NCBI GenBank assembly: GCA_017654855.1
Contig: CM030336.1
Span: 4,588,001 to 4,652,000 of the forward strand
From: Podospora anserina
Taxonomy: Eukaryota
Reading direction: 5' to 3'
DNA: 64,000 bases
Shown: in pieces, positions 1-12,381 of the stretch
Position numbering within the stretch: the stretch's first letter is position 1
How the letters are laid out: the number at the start of each line of letters is the position of its first letter
Translations under genes and position numbers: made by a program
The notes under the pieces: generated by a model
Database searches by the model: none
The model's input: only the letters and a program-made list of their open reading frames with translations
Told to the model about the DNA's origin: nothing

Positions 1-730
1 ATTTTCCACGAAACTTTCTTTATTTCTATAACGGAGAAAAATATATAAAATAATTTTACGGGTATTAGTTTTATACTATACGATCTAGAAAAAATATTTT
101 TTAAATTAAATATAAAGCTTCGTACGTTAATACCTTTATCCTTAAAGCCGGATATAGTATTACTTTAAGTATTTTAAATATTATAAAACTTTTAAAAAAC
201 TAATTTATAATTAATATTTATTAAGATTTATATTATTAACTATTAAAATAGTTCCCCAACTTCAATATTAGTTACTATAGACTAGCTTATTAAAGGTACG
301 ATAACTATAATACATTAGGTAGCCCTCCTTCAGTCAGAGAACGCTTTGTTCCGCAAGGCTAATAAAGTATTAAGTAAGCGCCGGAGAGCTAAAAAAACAC
401 GTGTACGGCTCGGAGGATCACTTACTGTGCAAGATGCACAGGATCTACTAGACCAGAAGGCCGTAGGTGAGGAGGTAGTGGAAGAAATATAGCCGGATGG
501 CGGTAGTGCTAGGGGGGCTCGTACGAAGGTTTAGTGCTGTAGTGTGTGCGGCAAGCCTGGCCATAATTCCCGCACTTGCCAGGAGGCTGCAGAAGGGTCT
601 GATTCAGCTGTTTCTGACGTAATTGTAGTTGGTTCTTAATGTTGTGGTCTAGCAATTGAGGATAGTTATAGTAAGGTGGTGGAGAGTGCGTCGCTCGCTT
701 GTCTGCGTCGCTCGCTTATCATGCACGTTA
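1..730 (+). mobile_element. Right end of a RIP-mutated Fot1/pogo-like (Tc1-mariner superfamily) DNA transposon
   Basis: Degenerate transposase C-terminus with a CCHC knuckle, CCSVCGKPGHNSRTCQ (535-582), ending at TAA 637-639; in-frame TAG stops near 490 and 532. The terminus ...CATGCACGT|TA (to 730) matches the ACGT end plus TA target site of Fot1-type elements. Bases 1-320 are very AT/TpA-rich, typical of RIP. Confidence 0.85.
686..728. repeat. Right-hand terminal inverted repeat with two internal direct repeats
   Basis: TGCGTCGCTCGCTT occurs at 687-700 and 704-717, just before ATCATGCACGT-TA. The partner TIR lies outside the window. Confidence 0.7.
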
Positions 731-1548
731 TACCGTGCCAGCTGTGTCAAGTCAACAAGTGGTCACTCCATTTTTGATTTGGTGCCATCACAACACTTCA
801 TTATCTAAAAAGTGCCATTGCAAGGCTGGCCAAAGGTAGACGACCCAGAGCAAGCTATTTCCCGAGAATGGCTGGGCCAACAGATTACTTCTCTCATAAC
901 ATTGAGGACCTGTATAGTAGTCTGGGCACAGGCACAACAAGCGACTACCAGTCCCATGACTGAGTATCGTTGGTACAACAGCGTCTTGCTGCCTCCTCTT
1001 GAATAACAGTATTGGGTCAGAAGATGGAGGCGCGTCATATGCTTTTTGAAGGTAGACATAAGCAAACGGAAATCTTGGGCGTCAACGAAACAGAGTGCAT
1101 GAGCAATTGGGCTTGTGGTCATAAAGGAGTGTTGTTATCTAGTCCTGGAACTCGTGTCGGGAAAAATGACCTATTCTTTGCCGGACGGGATGGGGTGACA
1201 CAGCTGAATAAAAACTGTTTTGACTACACCGCCCTGTCAAAACAGGTGTGTACCCATAGGGGTCGCTAAGCAGCGCTGTGGGTGGTCATTGTGCACAATC
1301 CATTCACTTAACTTCAGTCACTCTTCACGGTCACTGTTTGTGCACGCGACTTTCCCCACGTACCTTTTCTCCCATAACAACAATCAACAAGTCCAGCTGC
1401 TTATATTGTGCTCGAGTCGTCCTCACCGTCAAATCAAAACATCCCAAGCCGCCTCTCCTGCAACCCAGGTGCATCAAGCAAACAGCTATATACTCCCCAG
1501 AACCTTGTCAAACATTCCCCAGAATCGACTCATTGCGACTCAGACAGG

Positions 1549-2508
1549 ATGGAGAATATACACCAACCACCCAGCTGGTACACAACGACCCAGTACCTCA
1601 AGTTCAAGATCGACAAGCTCTCCCAAGCTGCTGAGGCCCTCATCACCCAAATCCCAACAGGATCCATTAATTGGCCTGCGGACCGACAACAAGTGCTGGC
1701 GTTGTTGAAGGAGATGACCCAGCTTGATCTCCTCTACCTCGGCCTGCAAAACATCCTCCAGGAGGAGGCAGCTTGGGAGCAAAGCCCAGAATACCAGCCG
1801 CGATGGCCGTGGCCAAGAACCCACGAGCTCCTGCAGATTAGAACCAGAGAGACATTGGCTCAGGAGGCCAACCATTTGGAGTCGCAGAAGCGACAAATCG
1901 AGGCTTGGGTCACACGACAGGAGTCGCTGGAGGGGCAGAAGCGGCGGCAAATGGACCATATCGGTCCTTTTCAGCTCGGCCCTCCGGCCCCGCGACAGGT
2001 CCAAAGAGAACCACAGCACCACCGGCTGATGCCGGATAACCCACAGCCTGCTCGTCCGGTGGCTCAACCCCAGCCAGCTCGTCGCGCGGTTCAACCCGAG
2101 CCTGCTCGGCCCGCGGCTCAACCCCAGCCTCAGCCACGCCAGCGTCTCCCCCGCTTGGCTCCCAAGCCTGTGGTCCAGCCACAACCGCCACAGGGACATC
2201 AACAAGTCCAGCCACAACTGCCTCACGGGCATCAACAAGTCCGGCAACAACAGCACCGTCAACAGCAGCCCGCTGCCCCGGTTCGCCCTGCACCACTGAT
2301 GGCCTTGCAGCGCCAGGCACACCCCCAGCAGCCACCCCCCCAACAACCACAGCCTGAACAGGGAGAACGCCGCCGAGTGAGTCCCCTCACACAATTCCTC
2401 ATCGACTGCGGCGCTCTTCCGGCAGATTCTCCCTTGATAAAGCCAGAGAATTCTCCCGAGATCAAGAAAGAGAGCCCTTCTCCACTGAAGCCACAGCCGC
2501 GTGACTAA
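1549..2508 (+). CDS. Hypothetical protein (~319 aa) with a helical N-terminal half and a Gln/Pro-rich repetitive C-terminal half
   Basis: First ATG of the 1408-2508 ORF is at 1549 (MENIHQPP). Three 27-nt tandem units (PQPARPVAQ-like) lie at 2041-2121, followed by two QPQxPxGHQQV units. Confidence 0.65.
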   Translation: MENIHQPPSWYTTTQYLKFKIDKLSQAAEALITQIPTGSINWPADRQQVLALLKEMTQLDLLYLGLQNILQEEAAWEQSPEYQPRWPWPRTHELLQIRTRETLAQEANHLESQKRQIEAWVTRQESLEGQKRRQMDHIGPFQLGPPAPRQVQREPQHHRLMPDNPQPARPVAQPQPARRAVQPEPARPAAQPQPQPRQRLPRLAPKPVVQPQPPQGHQQVQPQLPHGHQQVRQQQHRQQQPAAPVRPAPLMALQRQAHPQQPPPQQPQPEQGERRRVSPLTQFLIDCGALPADSPLIKPENSPEIKKESPSPLKPQPRD

Positions 2509-2880
2509 GGGCAAGCAAAGATCATAGACAAGTGAAAGGAGAAAGGGCAGAGCATCTTCCTGTGTAGAATGTAAATTAGTGAAGGGGATTAGTGAAGGGG
2601 TAGTGTACCATAGGAGAGGGAAAGCAAGGACGGTAAATAAAGAAAAGAGTATGTTTATGCCACACCTGCTTACCTATACAGGGATGTCGACTTTGCTCGT
2701 GTCTACTTAGGTGTCTCAAATCCATCCGAGCAGCGACTCCCTAGTCCATTACTACGTTTAATTAGGTAGAATATACCACATACAGAAAACACTGAGGCCG
2801 GAATATATACCCATTCCAGAGTCGCAGTCCGGGGGCATAATTACGAAGGTCAGTTGATATGGTTGATGTGCCCTCCTTCA

Positions 2881-3342
2881 AGCGGGCTGCTCCGTTGATC
2901 CAAGGGATGAGACGGTCTCGGCTCGTCTTATGAGATGAGCTGGCAATGGAAGCCAAGCCCAGGGCCGGCTTAACTTGCCGCCTTGCCAGGTTCTGGGACA
3001 GTCTTTTGAGGCTTCTAAAGAAAAAGTGGTGATACCGACCGTGCCTGGGCGGTTGGTGGTTAATGTCGTCGTGAGGGTGCTAAATTCAACTTCGGGGTCA
3101 CCAGTCACCCGGCGCACCTGGGTGAGGGTCATAGCCCGGCGCTGGTGGGTACTAGGTAGATACCTAAGTAGGTAGGTAGGCATTCACACCAAAACGTCGG
3201 CCCGGAAAACTGCCGGAAGCCCGTAAAGTGAGACAAGCCGTGATAGTTCCAAGCCAAGACGAAACCTGGGGCCGTGAGATGACTGGAGCCGAGCCGAGGG
3301 CCGTCTTGAGTTGTCTCATCTCATCAACCACCCTGAGCGGGC
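2881..3342. mobile_element. Possible degenerate non-autonomous DNA transposon (MITE/hAT-like relic)
   Basis: Imperfect inverted repeats AGACGGTCTCGGCTCG (2910-2925) and CGAGCCGAGGGCCGTCT (3290-3306); TGAGATGAG (2931-2939) and CTCATCTCA (3315-3323). The right end is ...ACCACCCTG. AGCGGGC direct repeats flank the segment (2881-2887, 3336-3342). Confidence 0.3.
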
Positions 3343-4688
3343 AGTGTGAATGACGTCTCCCATGAGCGCGTGAAGCTGGAGGTAATTTCGCGATTGAGAC
3401 AGGTCACATCAAGGTCAAATTATCACTGTATGTAAGTTTAGACTGTATTTATGCCTCCTTAAAGCTTGTTTCTATGCATTAATGTCTTAAAGGTTCGTGT
3501 TGATTGAATCGCCTGCTGCCACCGTAAACTATGGACGAGCGGTGCTGGTGTGAGTGTTGGCCTGCATCGACGTATCTACCGTTGTGGGAAAGTAAGACTT
3601 GAGGTCACCGTGGTCACAGTAGAACTTCCTTTACAGGTACCCAATCATACACGGTGTCCAGACTTAATACGCCGTCATACGATCCGCCCGGCAGTCGGCC
3701 GAGCCCTATTTCCTCCCACCGGGGACCGTTTTTCTGAGCCTCACTCCCTGGTGTATAAGGGACACGACAGGTAGGGTCGCACCAACGAATATGTGCTTGA
3801 CCAAGTGGACAGGTGGTCAAGTGGCCGCCCTACTAAGTATTGGATGGCGGATCATTCTTGGGTACGTTGGGCCACCGTTCAAATCCTGGGCATGTCGGTT
3901 ATTGTAGTTGCGAACTCGTCTTAAACCTGGATTCATCATCTTAACGGTTATTACACTGTAATTGAGCCCGGGCAGACAACAGGAAGCCCTGCATTCAGGA
4001 CGGGCATCAAACACAGCCCAGGAATCCATCGATCTTGCAGGCCCCTAGGGTTGGGAGATCATACTTGACGTAAATAATCTTCAATATAGAATTTTGAGTA
4101 AGATGACCATAGGATCCAGGCCTGGAAGCTGTGTTCTGGCACCATATTGCCCACTGTAATGCTGAAGAATAGGACCATGGCCTCATGATAGTATTGTATT
4201 GCTACCGGGGTTTCAGGCGTGTTGAGGGGTGTCAAGAGGCCACTCAGCATATACTCAGCCATCATCCCATTCGTTCCAAGTACTCTTGTGCTACCTAGTT
4301 AATTAAGCCTTAGGATTGTTTTTTGAGCGTATATTCGTTTTCTTAAGGTGTAGAGTTGATATAAGAAATTCAGGTAACCCTGGCATGAACTGGATGGGGT
4401 CGTTCTAAGAAAGGTTTGTAAACTGAACAGTTTTTAGCATGGCTGTCTAGAGACATGACAAGTGATATATCCATGAGATGAAAAGAACCAACATGACATA
4501 ACAGTCGTGGGGTGCGTCTCCTGGTCTGTTTTAAGTTCAACCAATCATTTTGTGCTTGTGGTCAACCTTTAGGCAGCCACTCCCAACCCCGCACTGCAGC
4601 CTACATTTGCAGGTCTTCCCACAAACAACACCAAGCAGAAATCTTGTTCTTATTCTTGTCCACCACACCTCGCATAGCATATACAACC

Positions 4689-7005
4689 ATGGGTCGATAC
4701 CATTGTCCGCTCTGCGGATGGCAAATATATGAGTCAAGGCCAATATCCTCATCATGGAATCAAGAATTTCGCGGCCGTAAGTCACCCAACTGCGCGTACC
4801 TCATGAGGGCCCCCTCCCTAACAAACTCGTTCCAAAGTCTGCCGCTGTTCAGTCAGCAACCGAACTAACCTCACAGGTGTGGGAAAACAGAACCGTGCTG
4901 CCTCTCGTTCCTTCGTCGCCCCACTAAACCCAGCTGGGCGATACGACGACCCTGGCTACAGGATTTCAGAGCAAGACGCGGTTGGAACCCATTTTTGTGA
5001 AATCAACAACAAATCCGGATTCCCTGTTCACAATATCTGTTGGAAGCTACTCGAGGAGGCCATCTACCCCAACCCGGTGCCAATTGAAAGGTTGTTCGAT
5101 GTCTTGAAGTCTTTCGTATGGCCGTCGTTGTGCGTCGATGGGCGGCTTGATTGGCGCTGGAGGGAAATCTCGCAGTCAGCAGAGTGTTCATCGAAAGACT
5201 CATTCCCTTGGGATATCACCGCCAACGCGAGCACCGCTAATGTGCCGCCATTCACATCGGATCCGTATTTCGTCGACCTCCACGAGATTCTGAGTGAGCG
5301 GTACGGAGTCTACGATGTTCCTCTTGCCCCCGATAACTTGTTATCCGGCCTAGTGTCAGGAAACGATCCCTTCCTCTCCCTCCCGGAGGAGCTTTGCTCT
5401 ATTATTGCCTGCTATTTACCACTCCGTGACGCCCTCCATGCCCGTTTGGCATCGCGATCCTTTTGGCATCTTTTTGATCGTCAACAGTTTTGGCGTTCTC
5501 AATTTATGGGTTTAAATTCTGACCTTTCATGCCTGTTTGAACTTCATCGAGATCCATATCAAGGGGCCCGTGATTGGCGATTACTCTACCATCGGATTAC
5601 CGACACCAGCAATGACTCGGATGAGGATGTCTGGAGCGGCCTTCGCAACAGAGGGCAAGCCTGGCAGAAGATATTGACTATTGTTGACATCCTGGGACTT
5701 TGTCCAAGTCCAAACGCCGCGTTTACGAAGAGGGGTCATTTGGCACACTTGAAGCCCCGGCCAGACTGTACTCTACGAGTCGGGGGGAGTGCCGCAGAGT
5801 CCCTAGTCGGCACGGTGGGTCCGCTGCAAGTGGGATGTTTCCGAAAATCCGTACAATCTCTTGCTATCCCCAACGAGACAGTCCGAATATCTGCGTCAAC
5901 CATAGATGTGGGATCCTTTACGTACATCTCCGGCTTGACCATTGTGTCGAATTCGCAGACAGAAAGCGCTGGCCACCTGGGTCCCAAGGAAAGGGAGCGA
6001 TCCGTCACCCTAAACGCTGCTGATCTACGGGGCCTCAACGTTGCGGTTGGTTTGAGAGGTATCCACGCTTTGCAGTTTGCGGATTCGGCAGGACTGACCC
6101 CTTGGCTGGGCGATCCTCGTGATGCTGCAAAAACGACGAGGCTTGGGAGTGTATCAAATATTTCATCACTGGAAGTCTGGTCCGATGTACGTGAAAGGTT
6201 CTGATAAAAGACGCGTGAAGCTAACAAGGCGTTGTAGGCATTCAGAATCGTCGAGATTGGTATCGTGAAGAAGCAAAGTTCCGAGCTCAGCGACACAGAA
6301 AATATCTCAGACTTGAGGATTTTCGGCATATGGTATCCCGATATTCCCCCTTCTCAACTCAACCTGAATGAAGAGTGCTTCTTCTCTGCGAAAGCATTTG
6401 CGGAGGGATTCAGACCACTGTTCTGGACCCATTTCGGCGGCCCAGGTGGTGTGCATCTGAAAAGCCTACTGAGAATATATTGGAATCAGCCGGCCGAAAC
6501 CATCACTTTTGCTTATGAAAACAAGGGGGTTCCATTAAGCTCTCAGAGCTTCGGTCAGGCACCAGAACCTGAATCGGACGACGACTCATCGTCTTTTGAG
6601 CCTTACACTAGGTCGAGCACGTTTGTAATCAATGGACCTGGGGGAGAAAGAATTACCGCTGTCGAGACTTGCCAGAAGTACCGGAAGACTGGCAGAACAT
6701 GGGAGTGTACAGAAGGAGTCCTAACTGGATTCAAGGTGAGTTAGCATGTCTGCAAACACCACACATCGTCCTGTGTGTGAAGCATAAGGGGCTAACATCA
6801 CTTCAATCCCTAGGTTTTCACCAACCATGGACGATCCCACCTGTTCCGGGGGGTTGTAGACGGCTATCCGGAGGACTGGAGAGTTGAGACGAAGCGACTT
6901 GAAGTGCCTCCAGGGAGTGTAGTTACAGGGCTATACGGGTTTTCTGTTCGGAATTTGGGATATGGACTTGCAGCACTGGGGATTATCACCGAGTTGGAGG
7001 CTTGA
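4689..7005 (+). CDS. F-box domain protein (4 exons)
   Basis: ATG 4689 (MGRYHCPLCGW). GT-AG introns with CTAAC branch sites at ~4777-4836, ~6187-6237 and ~6736-6812. F-box motif DPFLSLPEELCSIIACYLPLRDALHARLASR. Stop TGA 7003-7005. Confidence 0.8.
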
Positions 7006-7168
7006 CTCCCAGCGCAATCGCTCAGAATTTCGGTCCCCAGGCCATTCAGTTCACAAGCTTATTGGAGGTCCCCATTCGTTGAACAACAAATAAGCCAAAA
7101 TATATCCAAAGCAACACTAATCCCCATCTCACCAAGATTGTCCCCATCAGCAGTCCCGGCGCAGTTCA

Positions 7169-9133
7169 TCAGCGCCCCAAAATCCGCGCCATAACCCGCG
7201 TCAGCTTCTCACCCCAGCCATCACCACCCCCAACATTATCACATCTCCAAGCAACCACCCGATCAGGCCTCACCAAAACAGCACCCCTTTCCCCGACGCC
7301 CCTCTTCCTACCCCAGTCAAAAAACACATCTCGGTAGTCCTCCCTCCACCCAATACTGTGAACCACCACCTCAACCCCCAACAACCCCTTCACCATCCCC
7401 GCCACCTCTACCCATCCCTTCTTGCCACCAATCCCAGTAAAGAGGGTAAACTTCCCCTTCCCAGCCAAATCATGCGTCGAAATCATCGGTTCGTTCGACC
7501 CCGCTGCTGGAGCTCTCAGCCAGGCGTGTGGAAGCCTCGAGCCGGGGTAGGTACTCTCGCGATAGTAAAGATCGGCGTGTTCGGGAGGTCCTGTGTTGGT
7601 CGGAGGGGGGCCAGTCTCATCATCGGGGTACAAAGCATCAGACTGGTAGAGCTGGTTCATCTCTATCCCGAAACCGTGTCTTTCCACGTCCAACCCCTCG
7701 ACCAAATTCTGGAATGCGAGACGTAGTTCCTCGCCTTGGGCTGTGTCATCACCCAGACGGGATAGGATCTGCAATTTGTCGGCTGTGTCCGGGTTAGGGA
7801 CACCGAGAAGAGAAAACAGTTTGGCGTGCATACGACCTGTGTCGTTGGCGCGTTTGACGATTGCTTTACCGATAGGCTGTCGCTCCGCGGTGTAGGAATC
7901 CAAAAGGGAAAGGGAAGCAAGGGATTGGTGTACGAAACCGATTTTCCACGCGAGGTTGTACGCGTCTTGGATGCTCGTGTTGGAGCCTAGGCCGTTGAAG
8001 GGGGGGTGGCGGTGGACGGCGTCGCCTAGGCAGAAGATGTTTTTTTTGCCGGGGGTGGTGTATCTTTCGGCGTAGGTCTCGTTGATTTTCCAGGTGGAGA
8101 GGCGTTTGAGGGTGACTTTGACGGAGGGGTCGCCGATGAGGTCGTGGACGTGGGAGAGGATTTCGGATGGGGTGGCGGTGATGGCGGTGATGTTTGGTTT
8201 GGCGAGCATGACGAAGACCCATTGGGTGAAGGGTTTGACGAAGCGGGCGATGGCGAGGGAGCAGAAGTCTGGTTGGGGTTTGGTGGGGTGGAGGAGAATG
8301 TGGATGAGGCCTGGGGAGTGGGGGGTGAGGAGGTGGTTGAGGTCTGCGTCGACAAAGACGTTGAGGGCGAGGCCACCGCCGGGGGTGTCGTTGAAGGGGA
8401 GTTGGAGCTCGCGGGCTACCACGCTACGTGCCCCGTCGGCACCACAGAGAAACTTGGAGATGACGGTGATTTTCTGGTTGGTTAGGACGTCTTGGATTAC
8501 GGAGTGGACTTTGGAGGTTGTTTCGTCTTGATGGAATGAGACAAATTGGCAGTCCCAGCGGAGGTGGAAGCCGTTTTGTGTTGCTACGCGGAGAAGGATG
8601 GGCTCTAGCACTGACTGAGGGAGATCAGCCTGTTCGCATGGACTCGCCTTTTTGAACTCTCCCTATGGCAATTAGTACCTGTTCTACAGACGGTCAGTTG
8701 GGAGACGCACATATCTGTTCGGATCTGTCCCGCAGTTGTACGTCCGGGAGAGTTCCTCTCCCCCCATGGTGGTGCAAATTCTCGAGTACATCAACAGTTC
8801 CTTGGGAGTTGCAAGTTGACGACATTCCTCCTCGAGTCCAACATCGCGAAGACATTCTGGACTCTGTTAGCTCAAGTTCGTGTATAGATGTGAAGCTTCA
8901 TGTACATGCCAAAGGTTGCATTGTTTGTGTAGTGTGACCGGGGCGTCCTCACAGTCGACGACGCCTTGCTTATGATCAATCCCGTCACCCCTAAGTTTGC
9001 GCACTGTTAGCTTTCGCTGTGTGGTGTAATGCTTTCACGCGTTATGCTCACCGTAGTGGGTCAAGAAGCATGCAAGGCTTGCTCCTGCTGGGCCGGCGCC
9101 CACAATGAGAACATCGGTTTCAATCTGCACCAT
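7169..9133 (-). CDS. FAD-dependent monooxygenase (phenol hydroxylase/FAD_binding_3 type, with C-terminal thioredoxin-like domain)
   Basis: Exon 1 reads MVQIETDVLIVGAGPAGASLA (GxGxxG). Also GADGARS, the GD motif LGDAVHRHPPFNGLGSNTSIQDAYNLAWK, PGSRLPHAWL and LVRPD. Several 5' introns. Confidence 0.92.
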
Positions 9134-9327
9134 GATGGTCGACGCCTAGGTCGTCTACCCCTGGTACCCTCTGGAATGGATGATGAAGCACCCTGTTGTT
9201 ACCAAACGCGATTACTTGCAAATGATCTCACCAACTATTTCAGACGCATTTCATCACCGTCTCCGCACGCTGTGTTTCAACCCCGCAGTGGTGTTTTCAA
9301 CGTCTCACTCGGGGTCTACAAATCCAC

Positions 9328-9338
9328 AACTCGGGTCC
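9328..9338. promoter_or_regulatory. Cluster promoter motif AACTCGGGTCC (FMO/OMT1 divergent promoter)
   Basis: Exact 11-mer that recurs in the other cluster promoters. Confidence 0.75.
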
Positions 9339-9435
9339 ATCACCACTGTAAGTGATAAACATCACTCTCACAGAGCCTCGCTAGAATAAATGAGATGACT
9401 ACACCATACCGACCTCCTCATCATCAGCGCCCACC

Positions 9436-10845
9436 ATGACATCCAACGCTCGACTTGCCCAGCTTTCACACACCATCCTGGAAAAGACCAAGATCGTAAC
9501 GGACCATTTAGCCTCCCGCAATCTCACAGCACCATCTTGGGACGTTGACGGCGCAGTCGACTTTCCCATCCCAGAGTCCGCAGGCGAGGCATACACGGCA
9601 AGGGTAGACCTAATCGCAGCCACAAAAGAGCTCCACGACCTCACCCTCGGTCCCAAGCAGGGCCTTTCATGGCTGTCATGGGATGTAAGCCGTGCCCCCT
9701 ACCCTTCCTCTCCACCCTGCCTCCAAAACTGACAAAAACCACCAGTTCATAAACAACCTCTCCCTGCAAGCAATCTGGGAATTCCGCGTCCCCGAATTTG
9801 TCCCCCTCACCGGCTCCATCTCCTTCGAAGACCTAACCGCCAAAGTCGTCGCCGCCAACGGCTTCAAAATCGGCGTCATGAACCTCCGGCGCTTGATCCG
9901 CCATGCGATGCTGAACCACATCTTTATCGAGCCGAGAAAAGGTTTCGTCGCTCACACGAGCGTGTCGAGGATGTTGCTGGAGGATGAACCGATGGCTAAC
10001 TGGGTTGGGTACATGTGTCGTGATCTGTGGAAGCCAGCTGCTCACGTTGTTGACGCGATGAAGAAGTGGCCTGGGAGCGAGGAGCCGACGGAGACGGCGG
10101 TGAATCACGCGTTTGAGCAGAGTTTGCCGTGGTACGATTACTTGCAGTCGGTGCCGGAGAAAGCGAGGAGGTATAACCTTGCGATGAAGCTGCATAGTGG
10201 GAATGAGGGGTTTTCGGTGGGGCATACGGTGAGGGGGTATGCTTGGGGGGAGTTGGGGGAGGCTACGGTTGTGGATGTAAGTCTTTCTCCACGCTGCGGT
10301 GCTGAGGGATGGAGTACTGATAGCGAGAGCAGATGGGCGGGAACCAAGGGTTCGTCTCTTTCGCCATAGCGGAGGCCTTTCCCAAGCTGAAATTTGTGGT
10401 GCAAGACACGGAGGGCATGAGAAAACCAGAGGCTATGGGACCGATGCCAGCTCACCTTGAAGAAAAGGTCACACGGACTGTACATGACTTTTTCGAGCCG
10501 CAGACGGTTGTTGCTGATGTCTACTTCTTCCGATGGATATTCCACGGTTTCTCGGACAAGTACAACATCATGATACTTCGGGCGCTGCGACCGGCGCTGC
10601 GCAAAGGAGCAAAGGTGGTCATCAACGACGGCACACTGCCAGAGCCACTGACGGCAAGCTACCTGCAGGAACGCAACATCCGCACCATGGACGCCTTCAA
10701 CCAGGTAACAGTGAACGCAAGGGAGAGGGAAATTGATGACTGGAGCGAGCTGTTCAGACTGGCTGATGAGCGGTACAAGTTCACGGGGGCGTGGAAGCCA
10801 GAAAACAGCCACATGTGGTTTATTGAGGCGGAATGGACCGGATAG
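9436..10845 (+). CDS. O-methyltransferase 1 (Methyltransf_2 family, 3 exons)
   Basis: N-terminal dimerisation helices; SAM-binding VVD|MGGNQG split by an intron (~10277-10332); HDFFEPQ; YFFRWIFHGFSD; AREREIDDW. Confidence 0.9.
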
Positions 10846-10895
10846 TGTGTACCTATTTTTCAATCATCTCAATACGAGCCTTCATAAATCTAAAG

Positions 10896-11943
10896 CTAAG
10901 TCCAGAGGAAGTGGTCAGCGCCGGGAATCTGGCGATGTCCAGCGATAGGGAAAGACTTGACAATCTTGTCCAGCTCCTCCTTCTCCTCCGTGGTGATCTC
11001 CACAACCGTCGAGTTCTCAATGACACGGTCCGCGCGGGTAGCTCCCGGAATAGGAATGATTTCACCGACGTCACCAGTGTTAGAATAGGACCTGATCCAA
11101 GCAAGTGCGAGCTGCGCCGGCGTCACCCCCTTCTTCTCGGCAAACGCCTTGACCTTGTCAACAAGCTCGAGGTTCTTGGCAAAGTTCTAAAAAAAAAAAG
11201 GGGTATCAGTAATAATAACACCGTGGGAAGAACTCATGGTCCCTTACCTCGGGCTGGAACCTTCCAAACATATGTCTGTTATCTCCCTGAGGAATATCCT
11301 CAACCTTCTTGATCTGACCCGTCAAGAAGCCGTATCCAAGAGGAGCATAGCTCAGCAGTACAACACCACACTCCTTAGCCGCCTTGGCCACGCCATTGGT
11401 AAGGATCTCACTGCTCCAGAGCGAGAACTCAACCTCGGCATGGGTGATGGGCACCACAGCGGCAGCCTTGCGGATCGTCTCGGCCCGAACCTCGGACAAA
11501 CCCACAGAGCCGATCTTGCCCTCGTCCTTGAGCTGCTTGAGAGCACCGACCGTCACCTCGACAGGGATGTTCTGATCCATCCGGGCAGGGCCGAAGACAT
11601 CAATGAACTTGACGCCCCCGAGGATGGCGTTGCATTCCTCCCAGCTGGCGCGCACGCCCTCGGGTGAGCAGCTGGGGGAGTAGGTTGTCGGATCGAAGCA
11701 GGCCCGGATGAAAAGGGTTACCTTTTCCGCATCCTCGGGGTACTTGGTGAAGTACCGGCGTAGGAGGTGAAGGCCGGCTGTGGGGGGGTCGGGGGGCAGT
11801 CCGTAGACGGAAGAAGTTGACCAGATGGTGGCGCCGGCGTTGATGGCGGCCTTCATGGCCTCGAAGGCTTGTTCATCCGAAGGCTTGTTGGGGCGCCATG
11901 TGTATCCTAGGAGGCCAAGACCGGTATGAGGGAGGGGCGACAT
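10896..11943 (-). CDS. Aldo-keto reductase (pyridoxal reductase-like)
   Basis: GLGLLG, GKIGSVGLSEV, EVEFSLW, LLSYAPLGYGFLTG, TPAQLALAWI and IPIPGAT. One intron at ~11187-11247. Confidence 0.9.
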
Positions 11944-12244
11944 GATGAGATAGATGCACGAGATGGGTAATGATAAGATAACAGAGTCTTGTAGATAGTG
12001 GTGTTCGATTCTGCGGATTTCGGGTCATTCAGGTCACATCGTCTTAAGAAGATTACGGTGGGTTTGTCACACGTTCTTAGAACCTAACCCCGCTCCTTCA
12101 CTGTTCCAAAGTCGGGGTTGCCAATTGCCTCATAGGGCTGCGTTGGATGCCTTCCCTTCCTTTGTCTCGGCCAACACCCCTTATCCCCGGACGTTAAATC
12201 CAGGATAGAAGCTGACGAGCTACCAAGGTACAAGCCAACGGGCC

Positions 12245-12255
12245 GGACCCGAGTT
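12245..12255. promoter_or_regulatory. Cluster promoter motif GGACCCGAGTT (AKR/SDR divergent promoter)
   Basis: Exact reverse complement of AACTCGGGTCC. Confidence 0.75.
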
Positions 12256-12381
12256 CAACGCCACCCGCCTTACATCCGTACATCCGACAGCGTCGCGCAT
12301 ATAGGGGGGGTACCTAATCCAAAACTCCGAACAAGGCAGGTCGATTCTTCCACCCCCTTCCCATCCCTTTTTATTCACACC

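Noticed and set aside
1540-2514. 324-aa minus-strand ORF
   Set aside because: Antisense shadow of the Q/P-rich gene; the repetitive codons lack stops on the reverse strand.
11188-11199. Poly-A run as a retro-insertion tail
   Set aside because: It is the polypyrimidine tract of the minus-strand AKR intron.
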